Of a DNA stretch of 64,000 bases, positions 1-10,525 are shown one piece after another. The stretch comes from Candidatus Poribacteria bacterium (GTDB taxonomy: Bacteria; Poribacteria; WGA-4E; PCPOR2b), in NCBI GenBank assembly GCA_965218095.1, contig OZ244587.1:3776001-3840000 (forward strand), in the 5' to 3' direction. Every line of letters begins with the position of its first letter. Positions within the stretch are counted from its first letter, which is position 1. Made by a program: the position numbers and the translations under genes. The notes below the pieces were generated by a model, which saw only the letters and a program-made list of their open reading frames with translations, was not told the DNA's origin and searched no databases.

Positions 1-1
1 T

Positions 2-499
2 GTCACATATCCTCAACGGAATCAACTGTTTCATAACAACGGGAACGGCAGGTTTACTGAAGTGTCTTTCAAGTCCGGCGACTACTTCCGGCAGAAGGGC
101 GTCAGCCGCGGGGCAATCTTCGGCGATTATGACAACGATGGCGACCTTGATATTGTGGTGACCCAATTGAACCAGTCGGCGGAGCTTTTGCGCAATGAAG
201 GAGGCAATCGTCAAAACTGGGTGCGGATTAAGACGGTCGGCATCCTTAGCAACCGGGATGGCATCGGTGCGCGGGTGACATTGACGGTGGGAGGCCACTC
301 GCGGGTAGAAGAGGTGCATGCCGGATCGAGTTATCAATGCAGTCATGACCCTCGGGCTTTCTTCGGTCTAGGTGACCACACCACGATCGATCGTTTGGAA
401 ATTCGTTGGCCTAGTGGGGTTGTACAGGTTCTTGAGAACATCCCGGCAAATCAGGAAATTGTCGTGACCGAAGACAGTGATAAAGAAAAACGCAATTAG
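2..499 (+). CDS. CRTAC1/ASPIC-UnbV FG-GAP protein, C-terminal part (5' end outside window)
   Basis: Frame is open from base 2 (VTYPQRNQLFHNNGNGRF); GDYDNDGDLD repeat, NRDGIGARV and FGLG...IRWPSG ASPIC/UnbV motifs. Confidence 0.9.
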   Translation, partial: VTYPQRNQLFHNNGNGRFTEVSFKSGDYFRQKGVSRGAIFGDYDNDGDLDIVVTQLNQSAELLRNEGGNRQNWVRIKTVGILSNRDGIGARVTLTVGGHSRVEEVHAGSSYQCSHDPRAFFGLGDHTTIDRLEIRWPSGVVQVLENIPANQEIVVTEDSDKEKRN

Positions 500-538
500 T
501 ATTTTAGGGCTTGATAATGCATTGAAAGTCGTGGCTGC

Positions 539-811
539 TCAGGGGTTAAGAATAACTTCCCTACTTTTATCGACTTTCCTATCTTTATGCTGACCGATTT
601 TGATAATCATTTCATCAACTTGAGCCTCAGAAGCCTGACGCAAAACATGAATTAAACGCGGTTTATCCTCAGTGGTATAAGCATCAAGAACGAAGTTATA
701 AGGACCCTCTTCGTTGGCATCTTCAAACTTTGTAAGACGGCCTATGAGATTTACATCAACGTAATCTCTACCAAACAAACCTTTTAGAAATATTGAAATC
801 ACCGCTTTCAA
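539..811 (-). CDS. hypothetical protein (AT-rich, next to IS3 end)
   Basis: 90-aa ORF with TTG start; no recognised motif. Confidence 0.35.
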   Translation of the reverse strand: MKAVISIFLKGLFGRDYVDVNLIGRLTKFEDANEEGPYNFVLDAYTTEDKPRLIHVLRQASEAQVDEMIIKIGQHKDRKVDKSREVILNP

Positions 812-920
812 TCAAATTGGACAGCTAAGGGAAGTTCCCCTTGTACTGCCATCGGAAATTTAGCCCATTGTCTAAACCAAGATTGTGATACAATGACAGT
901 CAGATTGAAAGGAGAATCCG

Positions 921-1199
921 ATGGCAAAACGAAGAAGATTCACACCCCAATTTAAGGCGGAAGTCGTTATTGAGGCACTTACCAACCAAAGTTCACAAGC
1001 GCAACTCTGTCGACAGCATAACCTCAGCGAAGAACAACTATCAAAGTGGAAACACCAACTCCTTGACAACGCAGCGATTCTCTTTGAATCCACTGATAAG
1101 CAATCCAACGACTCTAAAGAGCGGATTGCTCAACTGGAGCAACTCCTCGGTCGATTGACCCTAGCATTAGACATCCAAAAAAAGCCTCGACTTGGCTGA
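921..1199 (+). CDS. IS3 transposase OrfA (HTH)
   Basis: RRRFTPQFKAEVV...LSKWK HTH_Tnp_1 pattern; A7G tract at 1177-1184. Confidence 0.9.
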   Translation: MAKRRRFTPQFKAEVVIEALTNQSSQAQLCRQHNLSEEQLSKWKHQLLDNAAILFESTDKQSNDSKERIAQLEQLLGRLTLALDIQKKPRLG

Positions 1200-2040
1200 C
1201 TTGAATCGGTTTCAAAAGCGACAGATGGTTGAGGCTTTACAGACCGATTACTCGGTTCGACACATTTGTGAGGTTCTCGGCTTCAATCAGAGCAGTCTCT
1301 ATTATCAATCTAAAAGCGACCCCTTAGAGCCAGTGCTACGAGATGAAATCGAAAAACTATCTGCCCGTTATCCGAAATATGGCTATAGGCGTATCACGCA
1401 GTTGCTGTTGCGTATGGGATACACGGTCGGTTACCGACGCATCGCCCGATTGATGAAAGCGGATAATCTGTGGGTCGCCGTAAAATGTGGCAGTCAAACC
1501 ACCCAATCGTTTGACTGTGTTGGTCAATCGGTCAATCGGGTTGAGAATCTTGACATCTGTCGAAGCAATCAAGTTTGGGTTGGTGATATCACCTATGTCC
1601 GACTCAAAGGACAATTCGTCTATGTTTCGGTGTTAATCGATGTCTTGACCCGAATGATAAGAGGTTGGCAGATGAGTCGGCACTTGACACAACCTCTCAC
1701 ATTAAGACCGTTGCAACAGGCATTAAGCCAAAGCATTCCAGAAATTCATCATAGCGACCAGGGAGTTGAGTATCTTCCGACAGCCTATATTTCCACGCTT
1801 ATTGGTCATGGGGTTGAGATTTCCTTAGCGCATTGGGGGCGTCCGTGGGAGAACGGCTATGCTGAGAGGCTGATAAGAACCCTCAAGGAGGAAGAGGTCC
1901 ATCTCAATGACTACGATGATATAATGGATGCCAGAGCGCGAATCGGTCATTTTATTGGACAGGTTTATAACCAGAAACGACCTCACTCGGCGTTAGGGTA
2001 TTTGACGCCAGTTGAATTTGAGCAAAAACACTTGTCTTAA
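1192..2040 (+). CDS. IS3 transposase OrfB (DDE integrase core)
   Basis: YGYRRI, WVGDITY, HHSDQG, ENGYAER, YNQKRPHSALGY motifs. Confidence 0.92.
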   Translation: MADLNRFQKRQMVEALQTDYSVRHICEVLGFNQSSLYYQSKSDPLEPVLRDEIEKLSARYPKYGYRRITQLLLRMGYTVGYRRIARLMKADNLWVAVKCGSQTTQSFDCVGQSVNRVENLDICRSNQVWVGDITYVRLKGQFVYVSVLIDVLTRMIRGWQMSRHLTQPLTLRPLQQALSQSIPEIHHSDQGVEYLPTAYISTLIGHGVEISLAHWGRPWENGYAERLIRTLKEEEVHLNDYDDIMDARARIGHFIGQVYNQKRPHSALGYLTPVEFEQKHLS

Positions 2041-2124
2041 CTTTGATGATTTCTGGTCTAAATTAACGTTGGTACTTCAGGCCTTATCTATCTTTACCCA
2101 AATACTCTTAATGAGGCAGCCAGA

Positions 2125-3138
2125 ATGAAGATCACAAAAGTAGAGCAGTTTATCACAGCCGTCCCCCACATTCCTGCTATCGAGAAACACCGTCCCGGAG
2201 ACTACATCGAATGCCCAATCCCCATCATCAAGGTTCACACGGACGAAGGCGTCTACGGCTTAGGCGAAGGTGGACGGGGTCAGCGGTTTGATGACGTGAT
2301 GGATAGCTGGATCGGTATAGATCCAATAGAGCTCAAATGGCAGGACCTTGGCGGCGCTTTTGGATCGGCGATATTTGATATTGTCGGCAAGGCGCTAGGC
2401 ATACCTGCCCACAAACTGATGGGCGCACAGCACTGGGAAAAAGTCCCTGTCGGTTACTGGTCGTGTCCGATGGAGCCGGCGGAGTTTGCGGCGGAGGCAG
2501 AGGTTGGCGTCAAACTGGGCTTCAAGACCCATAAGCTCAAGGCGCGTCCATGGAACATCGCCGAGACCGTCCGACTCATGACGGAGGCGGCGGGGAAGGA
2601 TTACGGGATTATCGTCGATCCGAACTTTACCTTTGAAACCCCAGAGCAGTCAATTCGCCTCGCACATGAGTTGGAACGATATAATATTCAGGCGTTTGAA
2701 GATCCGTTTTCGTATTATGAGTATGGTTGGGACAGCTACTGCGAATTTCGTGAGCAGACCCACATTCCCCTCGCACCCCATATCTCTGATCCAAAAATGA
2801 TTATGGAAGCCATTAAAGCCGATGCAGCGGATATGTTCAACACCGCTGGAAGTCCGGCGGGCGCGATGCAAAACGCTGGCATTGCTGAAGCCGCAGGGTT
2901 GCCGGTGTGGCTACAAGTTGTCGGGCTTGGTTTGGGCGTATCGGGCGCTTTTGGAACCCATGTTCACGCAGTCATCAAGAACGCGACGATTCCGAGCGAT
3001 TCCCTCCATTTCGTCCGCGAGAACGATTTAATCTACGGGGCACTGACGCCGAAAGATGGCTTCGTCGAAGTGCCGACGGTGCCGGGTTTGGGCGTCGAAT
3101 TGGATATGACGGCGGTGGAAAAGTATCGTGTAGGATAG
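2125..3138 (+). CDS. mandelate racemase/muconate lactonizing enzyme family protein (enolase superfamily)
   Basis: IKVHTDEGVYGLGE N-terminus, KLK motif, VDPN, FEDP, C-terminal PGLGVELD. Confidence 0.88.
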   Translation: MKITKVEQFITAVPHIPAIEKHRPGDYIECPIPIIKVHTDEGVYGLGEGGRGQRFDDVMDSWIGIDPIELKWQDLGGAFGSAIFDIVGKALGIPAHKLMGAQHWEKVPVGYWSCPMEPAEFAAEAEVGVKLGFKTHKLKARPWNIAETVRLMTEAAGKDYGIIVDPNFTFETPEQSIRLAHELERYNIQAFEDPFSYYEYGWDSYCEFREQTHIPLAPHISDPKMIMEAIKADAADMFNTAGSPAGAMQNAGIAEAAGLPVWLQVVGLGLGVSGAFGTHVHAVIKNATIPSDSLHFVRENDLIYGALTPKDGFVEVPTVPGLGVELDMTAVEKYRVG

Positions 3139-3210
3139 ATAGCAGTGTGAGTTTCATCTTGGAAGAGGAAAAACCTTAACAACCTAAATGAGGCTTGGTC
3201 ATAAATGCCG

Positions 3211-3277
3211 GTAGCCGAACTTGTGAGAGTTCGGTTGTTCTGTCGCGGCGGGCCCGAATTCTCACGAATTCAGCTAC
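3211..3277. repeat. GTAG-type REP inverted doublet (REPIN-like)
   Basis: GTAGCCGAACTTGTGAGAGTTCGG ... CCGAATTCTCACGAATTCAGCTAC; each half is palindromic and begins GTAG. Confidence 0.7.
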
Positions 3278-3304
3278 AGCTAAAAAGTGGACTAAGGGCC
3301 GGTA

Positions 3305-3472
3305 TCAGTCGTCTTGAGACGACTTGAGCTTTGAGCCTGAACTTCGTTCCCCATCTTCCGCAACTTCAGCATGAAATCCGTGGCTTTCCAGAGCACTGCG
3401 AACCTTTAATGAAATGAGTCTCACATCCTCAACCACAAGGACACGTTGCTTTCGATTCTCAGAATTGTTCAT
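3305..3472 (-). pseudogene. truncated response-regulator receiver domain
   Basis: Hand translation MNNSENRKQRVLVVEDVRLISLKVRSALESHGFHAEVAEDGE; similarity ends where a palindromic repeat (3306-3350) begins. Confidence 0.7.
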
Positions 3473-3480
3473 GGTAAACA

Positions 3481-3870
3481 CTAATGGTTTTTACGAGTCT
3501 GCCTTGCCCTCAAGCAATCAAGAATGAAGTTTTGTTCAATGTGGATACCTCTAGGTCCATCTTTGTTCGCAAGGGCAGTGAGTACTTCCTTGAGCCGCCC
3601 GATTTCTTGGGTCAAAATGGTGTACTGTTCCTCGACAGTGGAGAGATCGCCCTCGCGCCCATCGTTTCCAACTTCAGTGCGGCATCAAAAGCCGGTTGAG
3701 CGTAAAGTTCGCCGACCAACCCCTTCAAGCCGTAGACAGCCCATTCGCTGTTTCATTGTGAGACGGCGTGTTGTAATTGAACCGGTTGAAACTTTTCACG
3801 CTAGTAAATAGCGTAGGTTAATCATAGCAAAAGCAATACAATTGTACCGGTATTTCCTTCAGGACTTTAA
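3481..3870 (-). pseudogene. degraded Hpt (histidine phosphotransfer) domain gene
   Basis: Hand translation AVYGLKGLVGELYAQPAFDAALKLETMG / REGDLSTVEEQYTILTQEIGRLKEVL with a frameshift and in-frame stops; the His of the HxLKG motif is replaced by Tyr. Confidence 0.6.
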
Positions 3871-4064
3871 TGTGATCAGAGGAAACAACATAGGTAAGAT
3901 CTTTATCCACACATGTAATCAGTCCAACCTGAATTAAAATACGCCAAATCTCTCCCCATTGCTCTTTAGGGATGCGGACAAGTGGCATCGTATGAACCTC
4001 CTTTCAGACTGCCGTGCGGAAATTATAACGCGCCTTTAGATGGGATGGCAAGCAAGAAAGATAA

Positions 4065-5984
4065 ATGACAAATAAGCCAATGGAAAACTCCGAAACGAAA
4101 ACACCGCTCGATATCGATGCTCGTCGTCGCGATCTGAAAGGTGTCTGGAAATGGGTCTTCGAGCTCATCGCCGTTGGCTTTGTCCTCTTTTACATTTACA
4201 GCGCGGGTTTCGGCACTGCGGGAGAGCAGTACCACGTCGGGTTATACCTGCTTCTCACGTTTGTGTTGATTGGCATATTCTACCGCTTCCGGCGAAACTC
4301 ACCCGAATCGCGTCCGTCGGCGGTGGATTGCCTGCTAGTTGTGTCGACGGTTTTCGTAATCGGATACTGGATTGTCGAGTATAAAACGCTTGCAGGGAGG
4401 GCGGGTGCATATAGCAAACTCGATGTGATCGTTGGAGCGTTGGCGGTGCTCTTGAGCCTCGAGTATAGCCGTCGGACGGTTGGTTGGGCGCTGACCATAA
4501 TCGCTGTGGCCGGGGTTTTGTACGCTCTGTTTGGCAGAGCGATGCCCTCGGTCATCGCACACCGAGGATTTCCGCTGCGCCGGATCTTTGAGTACAGTTT
4601 CTTCAGCCAAGCCGGCATCTTCGGCATCATGGCAAACGTCATGGCGACGTATGTCATCCTGTTTATTTTCTTCGGCGCGTTTCTGGAGAAATCGGGCGTG
4701 GGACAATTTTTCATCGATCTACCGATAGCGGTGGCGGGACGGTCGGTCGGGGGACCGGCAAAGGTGGCGGTCATCGCTTCTGGATTCTTCGGCTCTGTCG
4801 CGGGGAGCGCCATTGCAAATACTGTAGCGACTGGCGCGTTCACCATCCCGCTGATGAAGCGCACCGGCTTTCGACCACACGTCGCTGGCGCAATTGAAGC
4901 AACCGCATCGGTCGGTGGGCAATTTCTACCGCCGGTGATGGGGGCAGGCGCATTTATGATGGCGGAACGCACAGAGCTTCCGTATAGCTACATCGCGCTT
5001 CTGTCGATTATCCCTGCGTTGCTCTACTTCTTTTCGGTATGGGTGATGGTACACTTTGAAGCGAAGAAATGGGGCATCAAAGGTTTGCCGAAGGAAGAAC
5101 TCCCCCGCCTCCCTACGCTCCTCAAAAGCCAATGGTACTGTCTAATTCCGTTAATTACGTTGATTGCGACACTGATCGCGGGGTATACGGCGTCCAAATC
5201 GGCATTTTTCGCCATCCTGGCGACCTGCCTCGTCAGCTACTTTCGCCCGGAGACACGCCTCACGCCCAAACGACTCTGGGAGGCGATGGTGGCCGGCGCG
5301 AAAAACTCACTCGCGATCGGTGGGGCAGTTGGCAGCATCGGCATTATCATCGCTGTAATCGACCTCACCGGGTTAGGCCGAATCTTTCCTGACCTTGTAC
5401 TCTCTGTCGCGGGAAACAGCAGCGTGATTGCCATCCTGCTGCTCGCTGTCGCGTCGCTCATCCTGGGTATGGGCATCCCCGTCACCGCTGCCTACCTGAT
5501 TACGTCCGAGCTCGCTGTCCCCATCCTCACAAGCGATCAGATGGGGGTACCCTTTATCGCCGCACACCTCATCATCTTCTGGCTCAGTCAAGATTCTAAC
5601 ATTACGCCGCCCGTCGCGCTCGGGGCGTATGCCGGCGCCGCAATCGCACGCGCCAATCCATGGAAAACGGGCTGGGCCTGTTTCAAATTCGCCAAGCTCC
5701 TGTACGTTATGCCCTTGCTGTTCGCTTACACCCACATTCTATTCGATGGTACCCTCCTGCAAAACGCTTTGTCCGTTGTGACCGCCGTGGTTGGTACATT
5801 CATCTTTTCAATCGTCACGATGGGGTACTTCCTCCGAAAAACGACGTGGGGCGAGTGGGTGCTCCTCGCGATTGCCGCCTTCTTAGCATACATTTATAAT
5901 GTCTATACTTTCGCGATCGCCCTGGGGTTACTCACGGTGGTGTATTTTATTCAAAAACGCACCAGCGCAACGGAAATCAACTAA
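4065..5984 (+). CDS. TRAP transporter fused permease (4TM/12TM, TAXI type)
   Basis: GGPAKVAV, ASVGGQFLPPVMGAGAF, LGMGIPVTAAY and ITPPVAL motifs; highly hydrophobic. Confidence 0.93.
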   Translation: MTNKPMENSETKTPLDIDARRRDLKGVWKWVFELIAVGFVLFYIYSAGFGTAGEQYHVGLYLLLTFVLIGIFYRFRRNSPESRPSAVDCLLVVSTVFVIGYWIVEYKTLAGRAGAYSKLDVIVGALAVLLSLEYSRRTVGWALTIIAVAGVLYALFGRAMPSVIAHRGFPLRRIFEYSFFSQAGIFGIMANVMATYVILFIFFGAFLEKSGVGQFFIDLPIAVAGRSVGGPAKVAVIASGFFGSVAGSAIANTVATGAFTIPLMKRTGFRPHVAGAIEATASVGGQFLPPVMGAGAFMMAERTELPYSYIALLSIIPALLYFFSVWVMVHFEAKKWGIKGLPKEELPRLPTLLKSQWYCLIPLITLIATLIAGYTASKSAFFAILATCLVSYFRPETRLTPKRLWEAMVAGAKNSLAIGGAVGSIGIIIAVIDLTGLGRIFPDLVLSVAGNSSVIAILLLAVASLILGMGIPVTAAYLITSELAVPILTSDQMGVPFIAAHLIIFWLSQDSNITPPVALGAYAGAAIARANPWKTGWACFKFAKLLYVMPLLFAYTHILFDGTLLQNALSVVTAVVGTFIFSIVTMGYFLRKTTWGEWVLLAIAAFLAYIYNVYTFAIALGLLTVVYFIQKRTSATEIN

Positions 5985-6080
5985 ATAGGAGTTATACGCA
6001 GTTGCCCTCCAATTGGTTCACGGCTCATTCCGATGGATTGGAATTTCCGTGCGCGTTCATACATCGGACTTCGCTTCAAT

Positions 6081-6122
6081 CTGCATCCTATATCTTGATC
6101 GGGTGCAAGATATAGGATGCAG
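6081..6122. terminator. 17-bp perfect hairpin between convergent genes (bidirectional terminator or repeat)
   Basis: CTGCATCCTATATCTTG-8 nt loop-CAAGATATAGGATGCAG; no U tract. Confidence 0.4.
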
Positions 6123-6176
6123 GCAGAGCGGTATTTGCTCAACCTGAAGTGCAACCCCTACGAAAATTTGTTTTGT

Positions 6177-6524
6177 TCACTCCGCGTTGAGTGCTTCAAT
6201 GGCTTCATCTTCGCTATCGAAAGGTTCAAACGTTTCAATCAACTTGCTCCGAATCATGAGGTTTTCGATGTTCGTACCAATGTTGACGAGAGCAACTAGC
6301 CCACCTCTTTTTTCAACAGATATGTATGCGCCTGTTAATGCGCCAAGTCCCGAGCTGCCCATTATTGTGACATCGGCAAAATCAACTAAGAATTTAGGTG
6401 TGCCAGAACAATTGGCAAGTTGTTCATCAAACACCTTTTTAAGTTCAAGCGCAACGGCGCCAAAGATCTGACCACTCAGTTCCAAAATGATAACACCCGC
6501 TCTATGACGGATATTGACTGCCAC
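6177..6524 (-). CDS. STAS-domain anti-sigma factor antagonist (RsbV/SpoIIAA-like)
   Basis: GTG start after AGGAG; LVDFADVTIMGSSGLGAL with conserved Ser; C-terminal FDSEDEAI. Confidence 0.88.
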   Translation of the reverse strand: MAVNIRHRAGVIILELSGQIFGAVALELKKVFDEQLANCSGTPKFLVDFADVTIMGSSGLGALTGAYISVEKRGGLVALVNIGTNIENLMIRSKLIETFEPFDSEDEAIEALNAE

Positions 6525-6562
6525 AGCATCTCTCCTATCTGTTAATTGATTTCGTTGATTTA

Positions 6563-7383
6563 GGTTCTGTTGACATTTGAGTATAAGGTTGTGGCATAAT
6601 AGAAGAATGACGCCAATAACCTTACCTGATGACCAATGGAATAAGATATACCGGTTTCTTCTTAGCTGTCCCACCATCTATGTTGGCGACGAAGCTGCTA
6701 CACGCCGCTTCGTCGAAGCCGTCCTGTGGGTGACTCGTAGCGGGGCTCAATGGAGACTTCTACCAGACACCTATGGCAAATGGAACACCCGCTACAAGCG
6801 ATTTGCTCGATGGTGCGACAAAGGGGGCTTCACACAGATGCACCCCCACTTCGCCTCTGACCCCGATATCGAGTCGCTTATTGTGGACAGTACCATCTGC
6901 CGCGCTCACCCGTCTGCGGCGGGCGCCTTAAAAAAAAGGGTGGCACTGAAAACCAAGCATTAGGTCGGTCTCGGGGCGGTTTCAGTACAAAAAATCACAT
7001 CACAGTTGACGGACTAGGCAATCCCCTAAGAATTCATCTGACCCCCGGTCAGAGACATGACATAACTGAGGCGGAAGGGTTGATAATCGGATATAACAGT
7101 GAATATGTAATTGGAGAGCAAGGGGTACGATTCGGACGCTTTTATCGCGGTTATCAAGGCGAATGGAGCGATTGCGGTGATACCGCCAAAAAGTCATCGT
7201 GTTGACCAAAGAACGTATGACAAACATCTGTACAAAGAGAGACATCGGGTTGAATGTTTCATCAACAAGATAAAATGGTATCGTCGTATCTTCTCTCGGT
7301 TTGAGAAGCTAGCTGTCCGTTATTTTGGATTTCTCAGCTTTGTCTCCACTCTTATATGGCTCCGTTGAAATGTCAACAGAACC
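6563..7383 (+). mobile_element. IS5-family element, copy 1 (transposase frameshifted)
   Basis: IRs GGTTCTGTTGACATTT / AAATGTCAACAGAACC flanked by TA; orfA 6607-6963; A8G slippery site; extra base near 7118 (GAGAGCAAG versus GAGACAAG in other copies). Confidence 0.93.
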
Positions 7384-7467
7384 TAGTAACCTTCGGCAAT
7401 ATGAGCCGGAATGGCTAAAGCCGACTTGCGAATCGTTTGTCCCTCTTTTCAGAACTGTGGTTTCTGT

Positions 7468-8397
7468 TCACTCCACGAGGTATTTGAACACCGCACCTAG
7501 GTTGTCATCGGGCGAATACAGTTGTTCAATCTTAATGTTGTTTTCAATCACGATCCCTGGCAAGCGTGAATAGAAATCATCTGGCTTGTGGGTTTCGAGC
7601 ACTAGACCGCCATCCAGTGAATCAAACTTAACGCTCACAACATCTTCAAAATCGACACAGATCGATGCCAACAAGCGGGGTTTGTCACAACTCAGGTAGA
7701 CATTGTGTGGATGTTCATCAATCAGCTCGCGGATGTGAGAGATGTTTCCTTCCGCCAGAATGCGCCCGTGATAGATGAGCAGGATGGTGCTTGTCATCGA
7801 TTCGATTTCGTGGAGAACATGGCTGGAAACGATAACGCTCACCCCGCTTTCGCCAAGTTCTCGGATTAGGCGAATTGTCTGTCGCCGTCCGATGGCATCC
7901 ATGCCTGCCAACGGCTCATCCAAAAAAAGCAGCTCAGGACCGTGAACGAGCGCTTGTGCTAACTTGATCCGCTGACGCATCCCCTTACTGTATGCCCCAA
8001 TACGTTTGTCCTTCGCTTCGACCAGATCGACGATTTCGATGACTTTCATTGTCCGCGCCTCCGTTTCCTCACGCGAATATCCATTGAGCATCGCCAGAAA
8101 CCGCACAAACTCAAAGCCCGTCATGAATTCGTAAAATGCATCCCCATCCGGACAGTATCCAACCCGACGATTGAGCTCTGGATTATTCCAGACACGTTCA
8201 TCGAGGACAGTCAGTGTGCCTCTGCTCGGTTTGAGTTGTCCCGTCATCAATTTGAGCAAAGTGGATTTCCCCGCGCCATTGGGCCCTAACAGCCCTGTCA
8301 CTCCTGCCTTGATGGTCAGTGTGATATCATTGACACCAATGACTTGGCCATACCATTTGGAAAGGTTCTCCGTCTGAACGAGATTTACGTTTGCCAT
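7468..8397 (-). CDS. ABC transporter ATP-binding protein
   Basis: GPNGAGKST Walker A, YSKGMRQR signature, LFLDEP Walker B, SSH switch. Confidence 0.93.
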   Translation of the reverse strand: MANVNLVQTENLSKWYGQVIGVNDITLTIKAGVTGLLGPNGAGKSTLLKLMTGQLKPSRGTLTVLDERVWNNPELNRRVGYCPDGDAFYEFMTGFEFVRFLAMLNGYSREETEARTMKVIEIVDLVEAKDKRIGAYSKGMRQRIKLAQALVHGPELLFLDEPLAGMDAIGRRQTIRLIRELGESGVSVIVSSHVLHEIESMTSTILLIYHGRILAEGNISHIRELIDEHPHNVYLSCDKPRLLASICVDFEDVVSVKFDSLDGGLVLETHKPDDFYSRLPGIVIENNIKIEQLYSPDDNLGAVFKYLVE

Positions 8398-8455
8398 TTT
8401 CGTGAACCGTGATGCGTAACCATGATGTGTGATGAAAAAACTCACTTGTCATTAA

Positions 8456-10401
8456 TAGGACTTACGCAAGCTCCATGCGAATCGCAGGAGATTTGAGTTG
8501 TTGTCGTAAATACTCCTCCAACACTCCGTGTTTGACCTGATAAATGGTTTGCTGGGTCTGATACGCCACGTGCTCGAGCCGAATCCAAACGAATAATGCA
8601 CAACCAATATGGTTGCGAACAAGCTGTGCCACTCGGCATTGACAACCTTCAACTCCTGTCAACTGTTTGGCTTGCCGGTGAAATTGCTCAATCTTCCAGC
8701 GCTAGTTACACGCCTGTTGTGCAACCGAAGTGTCGTTTTGAGCCAAGTCGTTGGTCACAACATAATCCGTGCGTCTGTTAGAAGACGCGACCCAGAAAAG
8801 TTTCACCCTCGATCTTATCGGGATTCAGAGCACCTTGTGATGCTTGGGAAATCCGCTGATTTTGAGAAGTTTCCCGCGTCGGATTTTGGTCTCACTCCAC
8901 TGCAATCGATCAACACGCGGGTAAGGCTTTTGCGCATTGGAATCATCCACCCCGATAAGATCGAGATTCGAAGCAACCTGACGATTGGATTTCAGCGGGC
9001 AATAGTAATGTTTTCGGAGCCGCTCAATGTGTATCATCAAATCTTTGGTGGCATACCAGCAATCCATAAGGAGAGTTGCTTGTGATAAACTAGGTTCTGT
9101 TGACATTTCAAGGGAGCCATATAAGAGTGGCGACAAAGCTGAGAAATCCAAAATAACGGATAGATAACTTCTCGAACCGAGAGAAGATGCGGCGATACCA
9201 TTTTATCTTGTTGATACCATTTTATCTTGTTAATGAAACATTCAACCCGATGTCTCTCTTTGTACAGATGTTTGTCGTAATCTCTTTGATCCACACGATG
9301 ACTTTTTGGCGGTATCACCGCAATCGCTCCATTCGCCTCAATAACCGCGATAAAATTGTCGGAGTCATATCCCTTGTCTCCAATCACATACTCGCTTTTA
9401 TATCCAAGTATCAACGCTTCTGCTTCCGCTATGTCGTTTCTTTGACCGGGGGTCAGATGTATTCTTAGTGGATTACCTAGGCCGTCAACTGTGATGTGAT
9501 TTTTTGTACTGAAACTGCCCCGAGACCGACCTAATGCTTGGTTTTCAGTCCCACCATTTTTTTTCGGCACCCGCCGCAGACGGGTGAGCGCGGCAGATGG
9601 TACTGTCCACAATAAGCGACTCGATATCGGGGTCAGAGGCGAAGTGGGGGTGGATCTGTGTGAAGACCCCTTTGTCGCACCACCGAGCAAACCGCTTATA
9701 GAGGGTGTTCGATTTACCATAGGTGTCTGGCAGAATCCGCCATTGAGCACCGCTACGGGTCGTCCAGAGAACAGCTTCGATAAAGCGGCGTGTTGTCGCT
9801 TCGTTGCCAACATAGATGGTGGGACAAGTTAGAAGAAACGAGTATATCTTTTTCCATTGGTCATCGGGTAAGGTTATTGGCATCATTCTTCTATTATGCC
9901 ACAACCTTATACTCAAATGTCAACAGAACCTAGTAGGGATAACATCTCCTTAACGTAATCTAATTTGCTCTTGCCATCCCCCTGTGGGTCGTACAGAAAC
10001 GGTCTAAGGCGGGATTGACATAGACACAAGTCACCACACCGATACCGTTGCTTTCGCGTTTCCACTATACTGACGACGCACCAACGCGATGTTCCGGGCG
10101 TAGCGTTTGTCCAAAACGGTGTCATCAAAGATGACATTTCCCTGTTGGGTTTGCACAATGTGCGGTTTGACATTTTCCCATACCAAGCGAGGCAGGATAC
10201 GCTCACCGGCGAGATAACGGTTTATCATATCATGACTGAAACTTCTGCTATGGTCAGCGAAATGGGTTAAGGTATAGTTGATTGGGCTGCTGAGCAAATA
10301 CTGACAGTAGTTGAGTCGAGTGGGTTTGGCCATATTCACCTCCATGCTGCTCATTCTACTGCTTTTCACCGCTTGTGTCTATTTATTTTGCGTAAGTCCT
10401 A
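8456..10401 (-). mobile_element. IS701-family element (degraded, with nested IS5)
   Basis: IRs TAGGACTTACGCAA / TTGCGTAAGTCCTA with ATTAA on both flanks; transposase fragments MAKPTRLNYCQYLL...FDDTVLDK, LMDCWYATK, RNHIGCALFVW. Confidence 0.88.
9093..9930 (-). mobile_element. IS5-family element, copy 2 (pseudogene)
   Basis: Same IRs and TA duplication; 19-bp tandem duplication at 9194-9231 breaks orfB. Confidence 0.93.
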
Positions 10402-10525
10402 ATTAATATATGATTAACAGTTGTTAAAAGTTTCCTAAAAAATCACCCCAAAACAAACAGGCAGATTACATGTTAATTTTATCATAACTAATGTTAGGTC
10501 AAAACATCCCCAATGCTATCGTGGA

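Larger units (their letters stand above)
842..2079 (+). mobile_element. IS3-family insertion sequence
   Basis: Imperfect 26-bp terminal IRs TGTACTGCCATCGGAAATTTAGCCCA / TGAAGTACCAACGTTAATTTAGACCA (19/26 match) with TG...CA ends; no matching target duplication. Confidence 0.9.

Noticed and set aside
4280-5735. Long antisense ORFs over the TRAP gene (similar ones over SprA, S45 and NtrX)
   Set aside because: Shadow frames of well-supported genes with no motifs
5990-6170. Integron attC site
   Set aside because: GTTATAC is present, but I found no matching RYYYAAC box, cassette series or integrase
6570-6600. TTGACA in the IS5 IR as a canonical promoter
   Set aside because: It points inward, and the spacing to CATAAT is 19 nt here and 7 nt in the divergent copy
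6525-6677. N-terminal extension of the STAS ORF
   Set aside because: It is mostly antisense IS5 sequence; RBS and GTG support a start at 6524
6563-9930. Composite transposon carrying the ABC ATPase
   Set aside because: The second IS5 is an independent insertion into IS701 with both of its own flanks intact
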